Below the pieces are notes generated by a model that was given only the letters and a program-made list of their open reading frames with translations, did not search any database and was not told the DNA's origin. Positions 25,405 through 39,300 of a stretch of 64,000 nt of DNA are shown in pieces. The DNA comes from Cetorhinus maximus (Eukaryota). Location of the stretch: the NCBI RefSeq assembly GCF_964194155.1, contig NC_135891.1:85808001-85872000 (forward strand), read 5' to 3'. Numbering within the stretch: the stretch's first letter is position 1; each line of letters starts with the position of its first letter. A program made the position numbers and the translations under genes.

Positions 25405-27280
25405 CTGTGGTCACCGCAATAGAGTCCAGCTGACCTTGAGCTCAGGTCGGAGCTGGTGCTGCTGATCTGGGCTGTCTGCAAGGCAGAGAGGCTGCGGGAC
25501 TTGGACAGGAATGTGAAGCACTGGCTGGATGACTTCCTCGTTGGTTTTCTGAGGGTGTGAAAGGATACCTGGTCCTCCCCTCCCTCCAGCACTGAGGCAA
25601 TGGTGGCAGGAGCACTATGCTTCTGACATGAAGGCAACCATAGCCAGCTTCAACATCAGCGGCAGCAGAAAAGCACAGTGCAGATTCCAGAAGTTCTCAG
25701 TCCTCGGGGGCGGGAGTATGCGGTGTGCTTCCTGCAGGAAAGCATTACCGTTCTGGGAGACAAAGCTAAGTGGCTCCGAAAGTGGTGAGGGGGAGGTCTA
25801 CATGAGTCATCTAGCCTCCAATTCTGGCGGGGTGGCTATCTTGCTTGCCCCACATTTTCAGCTGGAGATCTTGGGAATCAAGGAGCCAGTGTCAGGCCGC
25901 TTGCTGCACCTTACTGTGCGCCTGGGGGGGGGCATGGCGCTTCACTTTGTGAATGTGTACGCTCCCCTGGGCTCACAGCAGCAAGCGACATTCTTTGAAG
26001 AAGTGCCCACTCATCTCAACTCCATTGAAGTGCATCGTCCTTGGGGGTGATTGTAACACTCAGGAACTGTCTCAGTGCCCAGCATTAGGTGTGAGTAAGT
26101 TGAGGGACCTGGTCCGTTCCTTCGACTTGGTGAACGTCCGGCGACATCTCCATCCTGACTCCATGGTGTTCACTTTTGTGTCCCCTGAGGTCGGAGCGTT
26201 CAGATTCCACCAACTTTACATTTCCATGGCCTTCGTGCCCTGCGTCCTGTCGATCGCCGTGTAACAGGTGCCTTGCTCAGACCCGCCTGGTGTGGGCGGA
26301 ACTCGCTCCACTCTGCGCTCGGACGTTTTCCACGTACTGGCACTTTAACAACCTGCTGCTGGAGGACAAGCAGTTCCTGGACTCATTCTGTCGTTTCTGG
26401 GCTGGCTGGAGAAGGAAGCGGGGAGGCTTCCCCTCTTTGAGGCTATGGTGGGACGTGAGCAATGCTCATCTCCATGTCTTCTATCAGGAGTGTACGCAAG
26501 GGGATCGACAAAGGCGGAAATCCAGGGTCAAGGAATTTGAGAAGGAGGTACTTGACCTGGAGGCATGACTCAGTCAGTCCAATGCCGACCCGGCCATGGG
26601 ACAGGTATACGAAGAGAATTAGTGCGCAATATGGGGACTACAATTCATCTGGTCCCGTGGCACATATGTGAGGTCACGGATTCAGTTCCTCAAGGACCAG
26701 GACCACGTCTCCCCATCCTCTACTCGCTGGAAAAAGGCACGGGGTCCGTCAGCAGCTCCTTACGCTGCTGGCCGACGACGGATCCCTTGTGTCGGACCCA
26801 GAGAGTATCAGGGCTCACGCCCGAGCCTTTTACACTGCCTTGTTTTCTCTGGATCCGCCCAGCGAGGATGCTCGCAGAGTTCTGTAGGAGGACCTACCGC
26901 AGGTCGGCCCGGAGGATGCCGGAACGATTTCTCCCCATGAGTCTAGGGGGGGCCGACCCCTCAGCACCCTCAGCAGCCTCTCTAGAGGCTAGTCCTCGGG
27001 GCTGGAAGGGCTGACCGTGGAGTTCTTCAGCGCGTTCTGGGACATCCTAGGGAGCGACTACACGGAGACCCTGGGGGAGAGTATCGCAACCGGGGAAATG
27101 CCCCTCTCATGGCACAGGGCAGTCATCGCCCTACTGCCTAAGTGGAATTTCCGCCTCCTTAAAAACTGGCACCTGGTCTCCCTCCTCAGCACGGAATATA
27201 AAATCTTCGCCAGGGCCATGTCTTCTCACCTTGGCACCGTGCTGGAACACTTGATCCACCCAGACCAGTCTTACACGATC
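25405..27280 (+). mobile_element. Tx1-clade retrotransposon fragment, unit 2
   Basis: Paralogue; ORFs 25628-26050, 26176-26568 and 27017-27292. Confidence 0.88.
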
Positions 27281-29115
27281 AGGCGTGTCTGATTCAGGCA
27301 AGCAAGCTATAAAAGTTTGCCTAGCAATTGGGAATGAAGGTCCACACAGACTGAACACGTCAGGATTAGCGGAGGAAGAGCTAAAGGATCCCCAAAAGAC
27401 ATGGATTACATTGGAAGACTGGGTCAAAATCAAGTTAAACTTCAATATTCATCAACTAGTGCTCACATCATTTCAACAACAGCCTGCAGAACCCATAGAT
27501 CACTTAGTCAGCAGATGAGAGAAAAGGGTACGTACTGTGATATTTCAAACGCAGACAGAATTGTTGAGTTGGTGATCCCACCCACTACATTGGAAGAGTT
27601 ACAGACAAGCCCAAAACGTAAAGCATTGAAGTACTACTCAAGGATAGACGGAAATACAAGGTGATCCTCGCAGGTCGATGAAGATTACAGGTCCTCAGTA
27701 CAACCTCAATTGTTGAAGCACTCACTAGAACACCCAAACCTAGCATAACATATGGAAGGCGTGGCTTTCTGCATGCACCAAGGAACTTCCCAGCTTTCCA
27801 GCAATTCTGCAAAGATGTGGCAGAATGGACCATTGGCAGTAGCAGTGCACTAGGCAAATGCTGATGCAGCTACAAACGGCCATGTACTGATCCAAACAGA
27901 CTGTTCACAGTGGCTACCTTCAAGCAATAAGCATGACCATTCATTATCCCGTCAGAAACATGTACATGAGGTGACTAACAAACCAAAACATGACAATGAT
28001 GTGCACGATGAGGCAAAGAGCGGAAAACACATGTTTCACACTGCCAATCTCATGGAATACGTAGATGCCATCTCACTATCTGAAGTATTTGCCAAGATTA
28101 AAATTATCCGTCCTAAGAAAGTTGTCAACTGCTGATTATTGGCTAAGATCGACACAGGGCAAATGCCAACATACTCCTTCTGCAAATTCTAAATGAAAGA
28201 TATCTTCAGACATGGCAGGCCATGGCAAAACCTACTACCTCACACTTTCAGCGTACAACGGTTCACTTAGACCATGTGAAGGATCCACCATCTTGGAGTG
28301 CAAGTACAATCAATTCTCCTGGGTGCCAAAGATGTTCTTCATCGTAGAAACAAAAGGCCCAGCGAGTGAAGGTCTACCAGCATGCCATGGACTTGCACTA
28401 GTGACAATCCATGGAATCAGCCAGACCTCAAAAATCCGATCAGTCTCAAAAACTACTGCTTGAACCTCAATTTCTGACCTAACATCAAAACATCCGGAAT
28501 GTTTTTCCACAAAATTGGCAGTTTCAAAAGAGATACATCATTACGCTTGTAGCAGAATGCAAGTCTGTCAACTGATCTGGTGTATTTTGCGCAGTGCAAA
28601 TGCCAGCAGCTGCAAGAAGAAACAGCAAAATATTCTACAGTGCTGAAACTGTGGAAAACCATCACTAAATGATGTGCTGATTGTATTTAGTATGTTCATG
28701 AACACCTGAGGCCATTTTGGCCTTACCAGGATGTGCTAGACATCTCTCGGAGAGTCAATTTTAAAGGCAAGCCAGTCGTCATATCAGAATATTTACAAAT
28801 TGATATTCTTCAACAATGTCATCACTCACAAGTGGGCACAAATCAGACAAGCCGACCTGCAAGAGACAGTTTATTGGCAGGGTATGAACAAAACATTGAG
28901 GTCATTTCCAAGAAGTGCATGAAATGTCAAGAGAAAATGCCAAGTCAGCACAAAGAATCGCTGTATCCGCATTAAGTTCCTACGCATTCTTGGTCCAAAA
29001 TGGCATCCGATTTCTTTCACGTTCATGGTATTGATTTCATTGTCATCATCGACTACTTATCAAAATAACCCATCATTTGACCATTACACAATATGTCAAG
29101 CACAACTGTCATGCA
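27281..29115 (+). mobile_element. Gypsy LTR retrotransposon remnant, unit 2
   Basis: Paralogue; ORFs 27285-27518 and 28733-28975. Confidence 0.82.
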
Positions 29116-30877
29116 CAGGATACAGGAGGGAACTCTTCCTGACAGTGCTATGCGAAAACTCTTCTATTATCTGATCCATGCAATCTTTTTACATCCTGAG
29201 ACAACAGGCTGCCCTTTTTTTAATGTCTCACCTGAAAGTGTGCACCTCTGGCAGTGCAGTTCTCCCTCAGTACTACACTGAAATGTCAGCTTACACATTG
29301 TTTACCAGCTTCTGGTGTAGGATGGAACCCACAACTTTCAAACTCAGAGGTGCGAATGCAGGGTTCATTCGAGCCGTCACGTGCTGCAAGGTCTGATGAC
29401 ACCCAAGTGGGAATAAAGGAAGACATTTCCCACAGGAAGCCTGGGAACTCCACTGACACAATGCTTGATGTAGACAGGGGATGCTGGAGACTGATTCCCG
29501 CCCCTCCACCCCCCAACCAACCCCACCCCCAACCACCACCACCCACTAGCAAGCAATTTCAAGCCAATAACAATACATTCAGTTCTGCCCCAAATTCCAG
29601 TTACAGCTGGGTGACCCACCCATTGGATCCAGATGGGAATAGTGCAGAGTCCTGCTGGCAAAAACAACTGTTGTCAGCGACAGAGACAACAGAGTTCGAC
29701 TGCATCTTAGACACAGCATTGTCCATTGAGGATCGAAGCCACCATAATCCTCAATTGTTCTACCTTGCTGACATGGGGAATTTGCACTATCAATTAGCAT
29801 GCTGACTACAGAACCAAAGGGACAACATATGCAGTAGTCCTCAATCGTATTTTGTATCTCATAGAATAGTCACAGGATAGAAATATCGCTGCCCATTTTC
29901 CTCACACTGCTGCATTTAAAGTCACTAGTTGTTATGGATTCAGGTTCCTTATGAGTGCATTATCCATGAGACATGCCACAGCAGACTCCTAATTCCTCCT
30001 TTAAGATGCTCCTTGACTAAACTTTTAGTCACCTGCCCTTGGCTTCCCTGGCCCTGTGTCAAATTTTATTTCAATTTGTTCCTTTGGATCAACTGGGTAC
30101 ATTCTACTACATTAAAGGTGTTATAATACAAGCTATTTTTGGTGTTATCAGGGGTGCCATCTGCTGCCCTTGTCCTTCTAGGTGATAGAGGTTGCTGATT
30201 TGGAAGGTGCTGTCGATGGAGCTTTGGTGAGATGCTGCAGTATATAAAGTATACAAAGCAATTGAAATGAAGACACGATAAAGTTGCAAATCTCTTCATC
30301 TTTGTATGAAGCATGAATCTATCTTTTATCAGAAATTTAACGTGAGTGCTTACAACATTTTATGGTTTCAGTAATTAATTGGTTAAATTGTTGAACTGAA
30401 ATGTGCTCCTTTACGCAAATGTACATTGAGTGAAAGTTTGTAGCCTAGTTTAAGCGGTTTAAATCTTAAACTGTCAAACCATCTCCACCATGTACAAGGT
30501 TCTACTCATGAGTAACACGGAACATTCTTCATTCACTTTGATGCATGAAGCCACAACCACACTCAAAAGGCTTGACACCATCCACAACAGATCAGTCATT
30601 TAAACAACACTCCTGTGGCTTAATAACCATCAGCGTATTGTGGCAGCAGCTAACTTTGAGATGCACTGCAGAAACTCACCCCACTGCCTTCAATAGCACC
30701 TTTTAGCCTCACACACTCTTCCAACAAGAAGGACCAGAGCAGGAACACCATGAGCACACAACCACCTCCATTCAACATCCTGGCCTGGGAATATATGTAA
30801 TGTCTGAGAGAATGTTCCAATCCAATGTCTTTATCGCCCAAAACTAAAACTTGAAAACAATGCAGAGTGTTTTAAAA

Positions 30878-31060
30878 ACAAAAAGCTAAAAGCTACTGCG
30901 GATACTGGAAATCCAAAGCAAAGGATTCTTATATTTCACCTTTCTCCTAACTATACTCAGTTCTGCCGAAGGGTCATGAGGACTCAAAACGTTAACTGAT
31001 TTCTTCTCCACCGATGCTGCCAGACCTGCTGAGTTTTTCCAGGTAATTCTGTTTTTGTGT
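30878..31060. mobile_element. Penelope-like element-derived insertion with a 17-bp target-site duplication (unit 2 only)
   Basis: TSD tgcagagtgttttaaaa at 30861-30877 and 31061-31077; single copy at the empty site in unit 3 (~50649). Body gatgctgccagacctgctgagtttttccag resembles the elasmobranch Penelope pLTR repeat and contains a minimal hammerhead-like fold. Confidence 0.72.
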
Positions 31061-31387
31061 TGCAGAGTGTTTTAAAATGGTCCTCCCCTGGTTAGTCAGA
31101 CTAGGTTGACTGCAGGCTAATTGGATCCAATCTGACTAAGACTGATCCACTTCCAGCATGAATTCTGTTGATTGTTTTACTCCCGATGACACCACCACGA
31201 CAAGGGTTTTCAGCCTGATTTTATACTTTGGCTGCATGGCAACTGCTGTCGTGCTTAATTCTTCTGAGCCACTTGATTGGCAGTCTCTGATTGGTTTCTG
31301 GATTGTGTGGTATGTTTCAAGAATTGTCACCTCATTTCTGCAGCAAATTTAAACTAGCCTTAAAACATATTCTTAATATGCAATCAT

Positions 31388-32606
31388 TTTTTTCATTCTT
31401 TCACGGGACGTGGGTGTCACTGGCTAGACAAGCATTTTTATTGCCCATCCCTAGTGGCCCTTAAGAAGGTGGTGGTGAGCTGGCTTCTTGAACCGCTGCA
31501 GTCCCTGTGGTGTAGGTACACCGACAGTGCCGTTAGGAAGGGAGTTACAGGATTTTGACACAGTAGCGGTGAAGGAACGCTGATATAGTTCCAAGTCAGG
31601 ATGATGTGTGGCTTTGAAGGAAACTTACAGATGGTTGTGTTGCCATGATCTACTGCCCTTGTCCTTCTAGGTGGTAGAGGTCACGAATTTGGAAGGTACT
31701 GTCGAAGGAGCTTTGGTGAGTTCCTACAGTGCATCTTGTAGATGGTACACATTGCCACCACTGTGCGTCGGTGGTGGAGGGAGTGAGGTTTTGTGGATGT
31801 GATGCCAATCAAGTGGGGGCTGCTTTGTCCTGGATGCTGTCAAGTTTCTTCAGCATTGTTAGAGCTGCACTCATCCAGGCAAGTGGAAAGTATTCCATCA
31901 CACTCCTGACTTGGGCCTTGTAGCTGAGCAGGCTTTGGGGAGTCAGGAAGTAAGTTACTCTCCACAGAGTTCCCAGCCTCTGAACTGCTTTTGTAGCCAT
32001 AATGTTTATATGGCTGGTCCACCAGAATGCTGATAGTGGGGTTTTAGTGATTGCAATGTCATTGAATGTCAAGAGGAGAAGATTGTATCCTCTCTTGTTG
32101 CAGATGGTCATTGCCCGGCACTTGTGTGGCAAAAATATTACTTGCCACAAATCAGCCCAAGCCTGAATGTTGACTGGGTTTTGCTGTATATGGGCACCAG
32201 ATGCTTCAGTATCTGAGGGGTCACGAGTGGTGCTGAAATAGTGCGCAATCATCAATATACATCCCCATTATTGACCTTATGATGGAGGGTAGGCCATTCA
32301 TGAAGCAGCTGAAAATGGTTGGGCCTAGGACTCTACCCCGAGGAACTCCTGCAGTGGTGTCCTGCGACTGAGATAAATGACCTCCAACAACCACAGCCAT
32401 CTTCCTTTGTGCTTGGTATGACTCTAACCAGTGGAGATCTTCCATTGACTCCAGTTTTGCTAGGGCTCCTTGATGTGACACTTGGTCAAATGCTGCCTTG
32501 ATGTCAAGGGCAGTCACTCTCACCTCACCTCTTGAGCTCAGCTCTTTTGTCCATGTGTTGGACCAAGGCTGTAATGAGGTCAGGATCTGAGTGACCCTGG
32601 CGGAAC
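31388..32606 (-). mobile_element. CR1/L2-group LINE fragment, unit 2
   Basis: ORFs 32221-32523 and 31809-32255. Confidence 0.88.
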
Positions 32607-33007
32607 TATGACTTCATCATTGCTGGCTCAAAAGCCTGGAGATTACCCTGAAAATCATCATGGGAGGACTACCCCTCAAAAAGACCCATCACTAGCCTCT
32701 CATCACAACTAAGGATTGGCAATAGCATGACCTTACCAACACTGTTCTCATCCTGTTAATTACTTTATAAGGGTAAGCTGGAGCAAAGTGACTTGTATGG
32801 TTCTAAACGTTGTTGCAGAATTATAAAATGTTCCAGCCCAAAAATAAGCCATTTAGCCCATCGAGATAGTTTTCTTCACTTGAACCTTCTAGTATCCTTC
32901 CACTCACATGATCACACACTGCACTCTTTACAAATCTCTTATTCAAGCAGCTATTGCATTCCCTAACTAGGAAGAGAAAATGACAGTCAAATTATTTGAA
33001 ATTTCCT

Positions 33008-33013
33008 TTTATT
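33008..33013 (-). terminator. Polyadenylation signal AATAAA of the intact gene (paralogues at 12062-12067 and 52596-52601)
   Basis: AATAAA ~250 nt downstream of the TGA stop on the coding strand. Confidence 0.6.
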
Positions 33014-33259
33014 GATTAGAAGAAACACCATTCAAACAATCCAAGACCACAGCAACAAAATTCAGTTCACATTGCAACATTTTCAAAAATGCAGTTGAAG
33101 ACAAGGTGAGGTTGTTCCATGTTGCATCTAGAATTGATAGAGTCTTTAATACAGATTTAATCAAGAAACTGGAAGCTCAGTTACAATATCAAATAGTTGC
33201 TAAATACATTACGACATCTAAAATAACTTCTTCCACATTCTTGTTGAAGTCGAAATTCT

Positions 33260-33356
33260 TCAGATTAGAGGGTATGAAGCACAATAGGTAATTCCACACA
33301 TGTCCTTGCCCATCACTAAGCGCATGTAGCCACTCTCACCCCATGATGTTCCCCAG
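33260..33356 (-). CDS. Intact cathepsin, exon 8 (C-terminus)
   Basis: (S)WGTSWGESGYMRLVMGKDMCGITYCASYPLI*. Confidence 0.93.
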
Positions 33357-36300
33357 CTAGAAAAGCAAGACTATTTGTTAATATCTAAAACCAACCTCAT
33401 TACATACAAAATGAATAGAGTAAGGATCCTTGCAAGCTTGCTTCTGTAATATTTGCAACTTTTTCATTTGCCTTGAATGCATTTGGTTTTAGCTTATGTT
33501 ATCAACATGAAATCAGGTTCACTTTACATAGAATTTGCTTCTCAAGTTATACAACCATCTAGAAAAACTAATAGGATAATTAGGTGAAATACCAAATGGA
33601 AGAGCCAACATTTTTATATAATCTTACAGATCAGATTAGTTTTGAGACAATGAGGGATTATTGAGTGCAGCCAGTTTGCAGCCATAATGGAAGGATAGTT
33701 GTCATTTAAATTGCATAGCAGAGGACATAGCTAAACCAACAATACAGTGAGCTTTCACATCCTGGGAAGTGGGCTGGGGAGTACACTCAAGGTGGAAACA
33801 GTGATTAGCAGCTGGTCAGGACTATCCTCAGTACATAGAGCAGAGGGAAGAATCAAAGATCGGTTTTTGCCTCTCATCTTTTCCTGCTCTAATGGTAAGT
33901 GCCAGTTAGTTGAGAGACTGCTATGTAGGCAGAGAGCTTACGCGGCAATGGGGCAAGGTTAATTAGTCTCATTATATTTATCGCACAAGGTGCAATGCGA
34001 AATAAATGAATCACATTGTAAAGATTGTATTGTGTTCATTAATATCTTTTATTGCATTGGTTCGTAATTGGCCTTGCCTTCGTGATCCTGTTAGGAGGGC
34101 CAAACTCAAGCCTCTGTTCCTTAATCCTTCCTCATCATCAGATAATTGATTTCCAGGCCTTCTTGGCCAGCATCCCTCTATATAATCTCTAAGATCCAAA
34201 AGATTTCCATTATGTCTGATGTTCTTAATTTGTAGATATTACTTACCTGTTTTTAATGATCCAATAGCCTTTTGGATGTTCATCCACATAGCCTATCAGG
34301 AGCACTGAATGATCAATTTTCTTACTGTTGCAGTCAACATCGTCAAAGATACCTGTAAAATGGAAGATAGTACTATACATGAAAGTAACTCCAAACTCGT
34401 ATCTGAAATAACATTATAAAAGATTGGAAAGGTCAGACAACAAGATTTTGTATTCGTATGCCATCTTTCACCAAGCAACTTGTCCCAAGGTCACCCAAAC
34501 AGGAAGCAGTTAGGGAAGGTGACTGGCCTGGTGAAAGAGAGAATTTCAAAAGAGAGAAGTAGCAAAGTGAAGATGCTGAGAATATCCCTGAAGATGGAGT
34601 GTTACCCCATTGGTCCTCTTGCATGGATGTCTTGTACAGGGAGATTATGTGATAGAATCTGAACCATGGTGAATGAATAAAAGTTTAGAGTTTTCTTTAC
34701 CTGATGTGTAATATCTGAAGGAATGATGTGATGAACGAATAAGTACTGAAATTGGTCCAACATTTGCCACTAATGCAGCTAATTTTTTCTCAGTATAGTT
34801 CTTAATCCTTCTGAATCCTTTAACTTTGGTGACACTCTTAGAGCTACTAAATAAGCACTTATTGTTCCTCTGTAATTAAAAATATAAGAGTCTGTTTAGC
34901 AAATTGGCTGATAATAATTTCCATAAACTTCAACATTGTATCACAGGCAAAACCCCACTCAAATACCACAGCCCAGCCTTGTTCTTCTCCCCTATCTCTT
35001 ATTCCTTCAACACATCAACGTCAAGTACCTCACCCTCTTCAAAGCCTTACTCATTCCAAACTCGCCATAGTCTCTCAGCCTAAAATTCCTAAACAAATCA
35101 TCCATCACTTGGATCCTGTGCATTCCCCTGTCCCTCTCACTCACCGATCAGTGTCAGGCCCATCTGGACCCAGCCCTTCCACTCTGAATCTCTCCCTCAC
35201 ACTCTCTCTCTCTAAGCCCCTTTGTCTTTCTGCATCTTCACAGGCGGGATGAGGTTTCATGTTGGGTTTTAAAAATTTTAACAAAGTTCTGTTGGAAATT
35301 ATGAACATGTCCCAACCCATGTGACATTGTCACATGAGGGGACATGTAAGGGAAATTTTATTTTTCTATTTTGAGCTTTTTTACATGTAGAGCCTGCACT
35401 TAGCCACAGGGAGATGAGTGCGCTCTTTCCTTCGCATGCGTGAAAGAGCGCACTCTCGGTTTTGGGCATTTCACCCCACCCACACATGGTGCGCAAAGGC
35501 CCGCCCACACAAAATGGCACCACGCCGGGGGCACCGGATGGCACCGTATGCGCCCGCCCACCAACGGGGGGAAAATTCAACCCAAATTGTGTTGCCTGCC
35601 ATAACTTGGAGGCCACTCATATTCAAGGATTCCAACTTGATGAATGCCTTTTTTTCACAAGTTTAACTCTTCCTACTTAATGTTTCACAGCCATTTGATT
35701 CATCAAGGAGTGAGCGTCATTGGAAGGTGCTATAATTGAGAAATGATTACTGGGGAGAGACAAGTTCTGTTAGGAAGGACAATGGACTAATTACTCCACC
35801 AATTCACTTTAAGAATGAAGGACACCCTTGCTGCTGATATTCAAAATGTCACTTGCTTGCCACTTTGCATGAGGATACTCGGATCTAGGCAACTTCTGTA
35901 AACACATTTCGTAAAAGCTAAATGAAACTGTACCTTAAACCAGAATATCTTTCAGAACAGCCTTTATGACAGCCCTGTTTAACTGTGGGAAATGAAGACA
36001 GTCAGTGTACAGTGTGCAGCAAGTGTACCTTTGCTTGGTAGGGGTATGACTGATCAGATTGAATGCCATGGTCTCGCACGTATTCCAAGGCGCGGTATGG
36101 CAAGCCTCCGTTGCACCCATAATTCTTATATCCATCAGAACAGTCAATGATGTTTTGTACACTCAGGTCCATGAGTTGGTTTGTTTTCTTGGCCAACTGA
36201 CCTTCCACAGCTCCGACTGCAGTAAACGCATAGCAGGATAAACAGTAGCCCTGAAGAGAAAACAGATAAGTTGGCAAATGCTAAAATTTTAAAACCTTTT

Positions 36301-39300
36301 CTTCATGATCTTCACTATTTTGATTGAAAACTAATAAAGAGTTCAGATGGTTGACTATATCTTTGCCTTGCTTGCTGATATACACTCCAGGGGGAGGGAA
36401 TGGACATGCAATCTGTTCTGCAAAATATTCTGCTCCAGACTATTGCCCTTAGCTGAATATCAATTCACTTTGGGGTGTCCAAACCTCAACTCATGGTCCA
36501 TATCCTGCCCAAGTGGCAGAACACAACAGTCCAACCCCTCTCACCAAAATTTGAGGACAGCAGCATAGCTTGAGAAGCAAGAACCAGGTGAATTACAGAT
36601 TGCAAGTGAGGATGAGAAAGCACAAGTGGCCAAGGAGTATAGATGATTACAAGGCTTTCATCTATGCCACCTCTGTACTTTCTCAAGCCCAATAATATGG
36701 TGAAATCGGGCAAGTCACATCATGCTTAAGGGACTCCACGGCTTCAATTTCAATTGTCCTCCCAACCCAAAGTCCCAATTCTTGCTGGATCGAAGATTTC
36801 ATTCCCATGGTAACCTTGCCCTCTGGAGAAATTGCCACAAGTAAGGAACCCTGCAGAGCAGAGTGTTACAGGGTTGGATTTACAGCGCCTTCCTCTCCCC
36901 CCGCAACCGCACACCCCCCCCTTCAAACATGGCATATTTTCAGTTGCGAGGGCACATAAAATATAATGGGTGGCTAGCCTACGGCCTATACCCAACCCAT
37001 TCCCCATAAGACAGGCACCCACTAGGCCACCTGCCCTTAGGCCTATTGAGGTTTTTAACTGCCCAATTAAGTGGTAATTAAGGCCTCTACACACCTATAT
37101 CACCATAATACCCTGAGCATTGGAAGGCAGGCAAGAGTGAGGAGGCTTTTTTTTAACCAATGTTGTTGAAAGGAGGGTTAGGATGGGTGGGTGTCCATCT
37201 TCAAGGGGTTCCATGTATGTATCAGAGCAACACCCCCCCCCCCCCCACCTTGGCATCCAAAACCCGCCCCTCAACGCCCCCATGCTCCCACCCTAGTGCA
37301 TCCAATCCCTTCCCCACAAAGAAACCCCGGACTCATCTTATCCGCAGTCCATGACACTTCCAGTCCCAGCAGCACCCACTTCTCTCGCTTGGCACTGCTG
37401 GGACTGCAAGAGCTGCCAGCCGATCTAATTGGCTCTTCAGGTTGGGACTTCTTCCACTGAGGGACGGACATTCCATTCTCTGCTTCGTAAGGCCACCCAC
37501 AGCCTATTATCACAGGCCTTATTTAACGAATGTTGGTTTCCAGCCAATATTTCTTCCAGGATGCAAGCAATACGCTCCCCCACATCCCACCCCTGGCAAA
37601 ATTGAATGCACAGAATCTTGTGGTTGCACATACTTCACATAAGAACACATTGACTCCTTATCATTGTTTTTTTGAACCATGTGATTTCATAACATGAAAG
37701 TATTAAAAGTCCTCTTGTAAATCAGCTTTGATTATTTTATTTTCTCATACAGACCTTTGAAAATATGCCAAGCACGTGAAGTGTTAGAGCAGAACATTGG
37801 CACTGGGAATTTCTGAAGACCATTAATGTGTATGTATCTTTATTAACATCCAGGGGGAGAATTTCGCGACGTCAACACACGTCATTCTGATGCTCTATTT
37901 AAAAACTAATTAAAGTAATTAATTGAGCTGCCCGTCCAGCCTTAAGATTGGCGGGAAGGTGAAGAGCCCAGGCAGCCTTCGCATTTATCATGAAACCTCA
38001 TCCACGGGTGGGATGAAGTTTCATGAAGGGTTTAAATATTAAATGAAGTTTTTACTAAAGTTCATTGACATGTCCCAGCTCATGTGACACTGTCACATGA
38101 GGGGACATGTCTTAAAATTTTATTTTTCTTTCTTAAAATTTTGAAAAATCAAACTAATCTCCCTGAGGCAGCTCTGTGCCTCGGGGAGATTTCTGCACTC
38201 TTTGGCGCTCATGCGCAAAAGAACACAGGCCCCAGCTCAGCCTACTCCCCCCGCACGCAAAGGGAGCACTCAGCACTTCCTGGTGTGCGTCATGCTGGGC
38301 AGGCCTTAATTGGCCCGCCCACTCAAAATGGCAGCACCCAGGCAATCGGCAGCGCGCTCGCCCGCGCCTGCTCCCACACAACCAGACCCACGCCCTGCGC
38401 CCCCCCACAATGGGGATAAAATTCTCCTCATGAAAAAATGTTTCTCTGTTACCTATCTGAATCAAACACTTCGACCCCAATTGCCTGCTGCAGTTCATAG
38501 TATCGCTACCTACTGGCTCTTAGAGGAACAGCATCCATGAATTGTTCCCCCTGCTATTTGCCACAGTTCCAATTTCTCAAAACACAAGGTGGTTAAAAAT
38601 GATAAAAGCTTGAAAATAAAAATCCCTGGAGTCAAAATATTAAACAAGAATACAGCCCTAGCAAACTCAATCTTAGCAACTGACCTGCATTGAACAGAAA
38701 TGGTGTGAAGTAGTAGGTACCTGGTTCTTTACTTTACTAACATAGCCCATTCGACGCCAGTCCACCTCTTTGGGAAAATGAGCAACGTCCTCCATTTCTT
38801 CCAGTTCCTCCAAACTCTGGTGACTTCTTCCAGTTCCGCCAAAATCTGACAACACATCATCTGTATAATTTGCCATTTCGGAAATCCTTGCATCAGTGAA
38901 CAAATGATCAAACTCCATTGGCGTCTGGAAGAAATAGTTGCAGAATGCTTACTATGAGACTTGTGTTGTTATAATGATATTAAAGCGCCAATCACTCATA
39001 AGGGATTTGGTAAACAAGCTGTGGCTTCCTTTATTTAGACAAGGCACATGGGAACATTTATACAGAGGTAGAAAGCTTGAAGACACCAGCAGCAGAGCTG
39101 GCTGCTGTGTGTTCTGTTGAAAAGCAAAAGTGAAATTGATTGCAGCATGACAACGCTAGAGGGAAGTGGGTCATGCTTGAATCCCTTAAAGGCATATTAC
39201 AACAAGACTATTTCTATAAAAAATGCAAAGCCAAAATCAATTTGTTTGCACAGTTGTAGCTCCACACTGTCCCATTATGTTTACCATTTGCAGCCATGAT

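Noticed and set aside
29254-29805. 183-aa proline-rich ORF
   Set aside because: Spans a SINE remnant and a C-rich low-complexity tract; frames differ in units 1 and 3.
36230-36250. Idea that the protein is a silicatein- or testin-like Cys>Ser variant
   Set aside because: The catalytic Cys is retained (CLSCY); only flanking residues differ.
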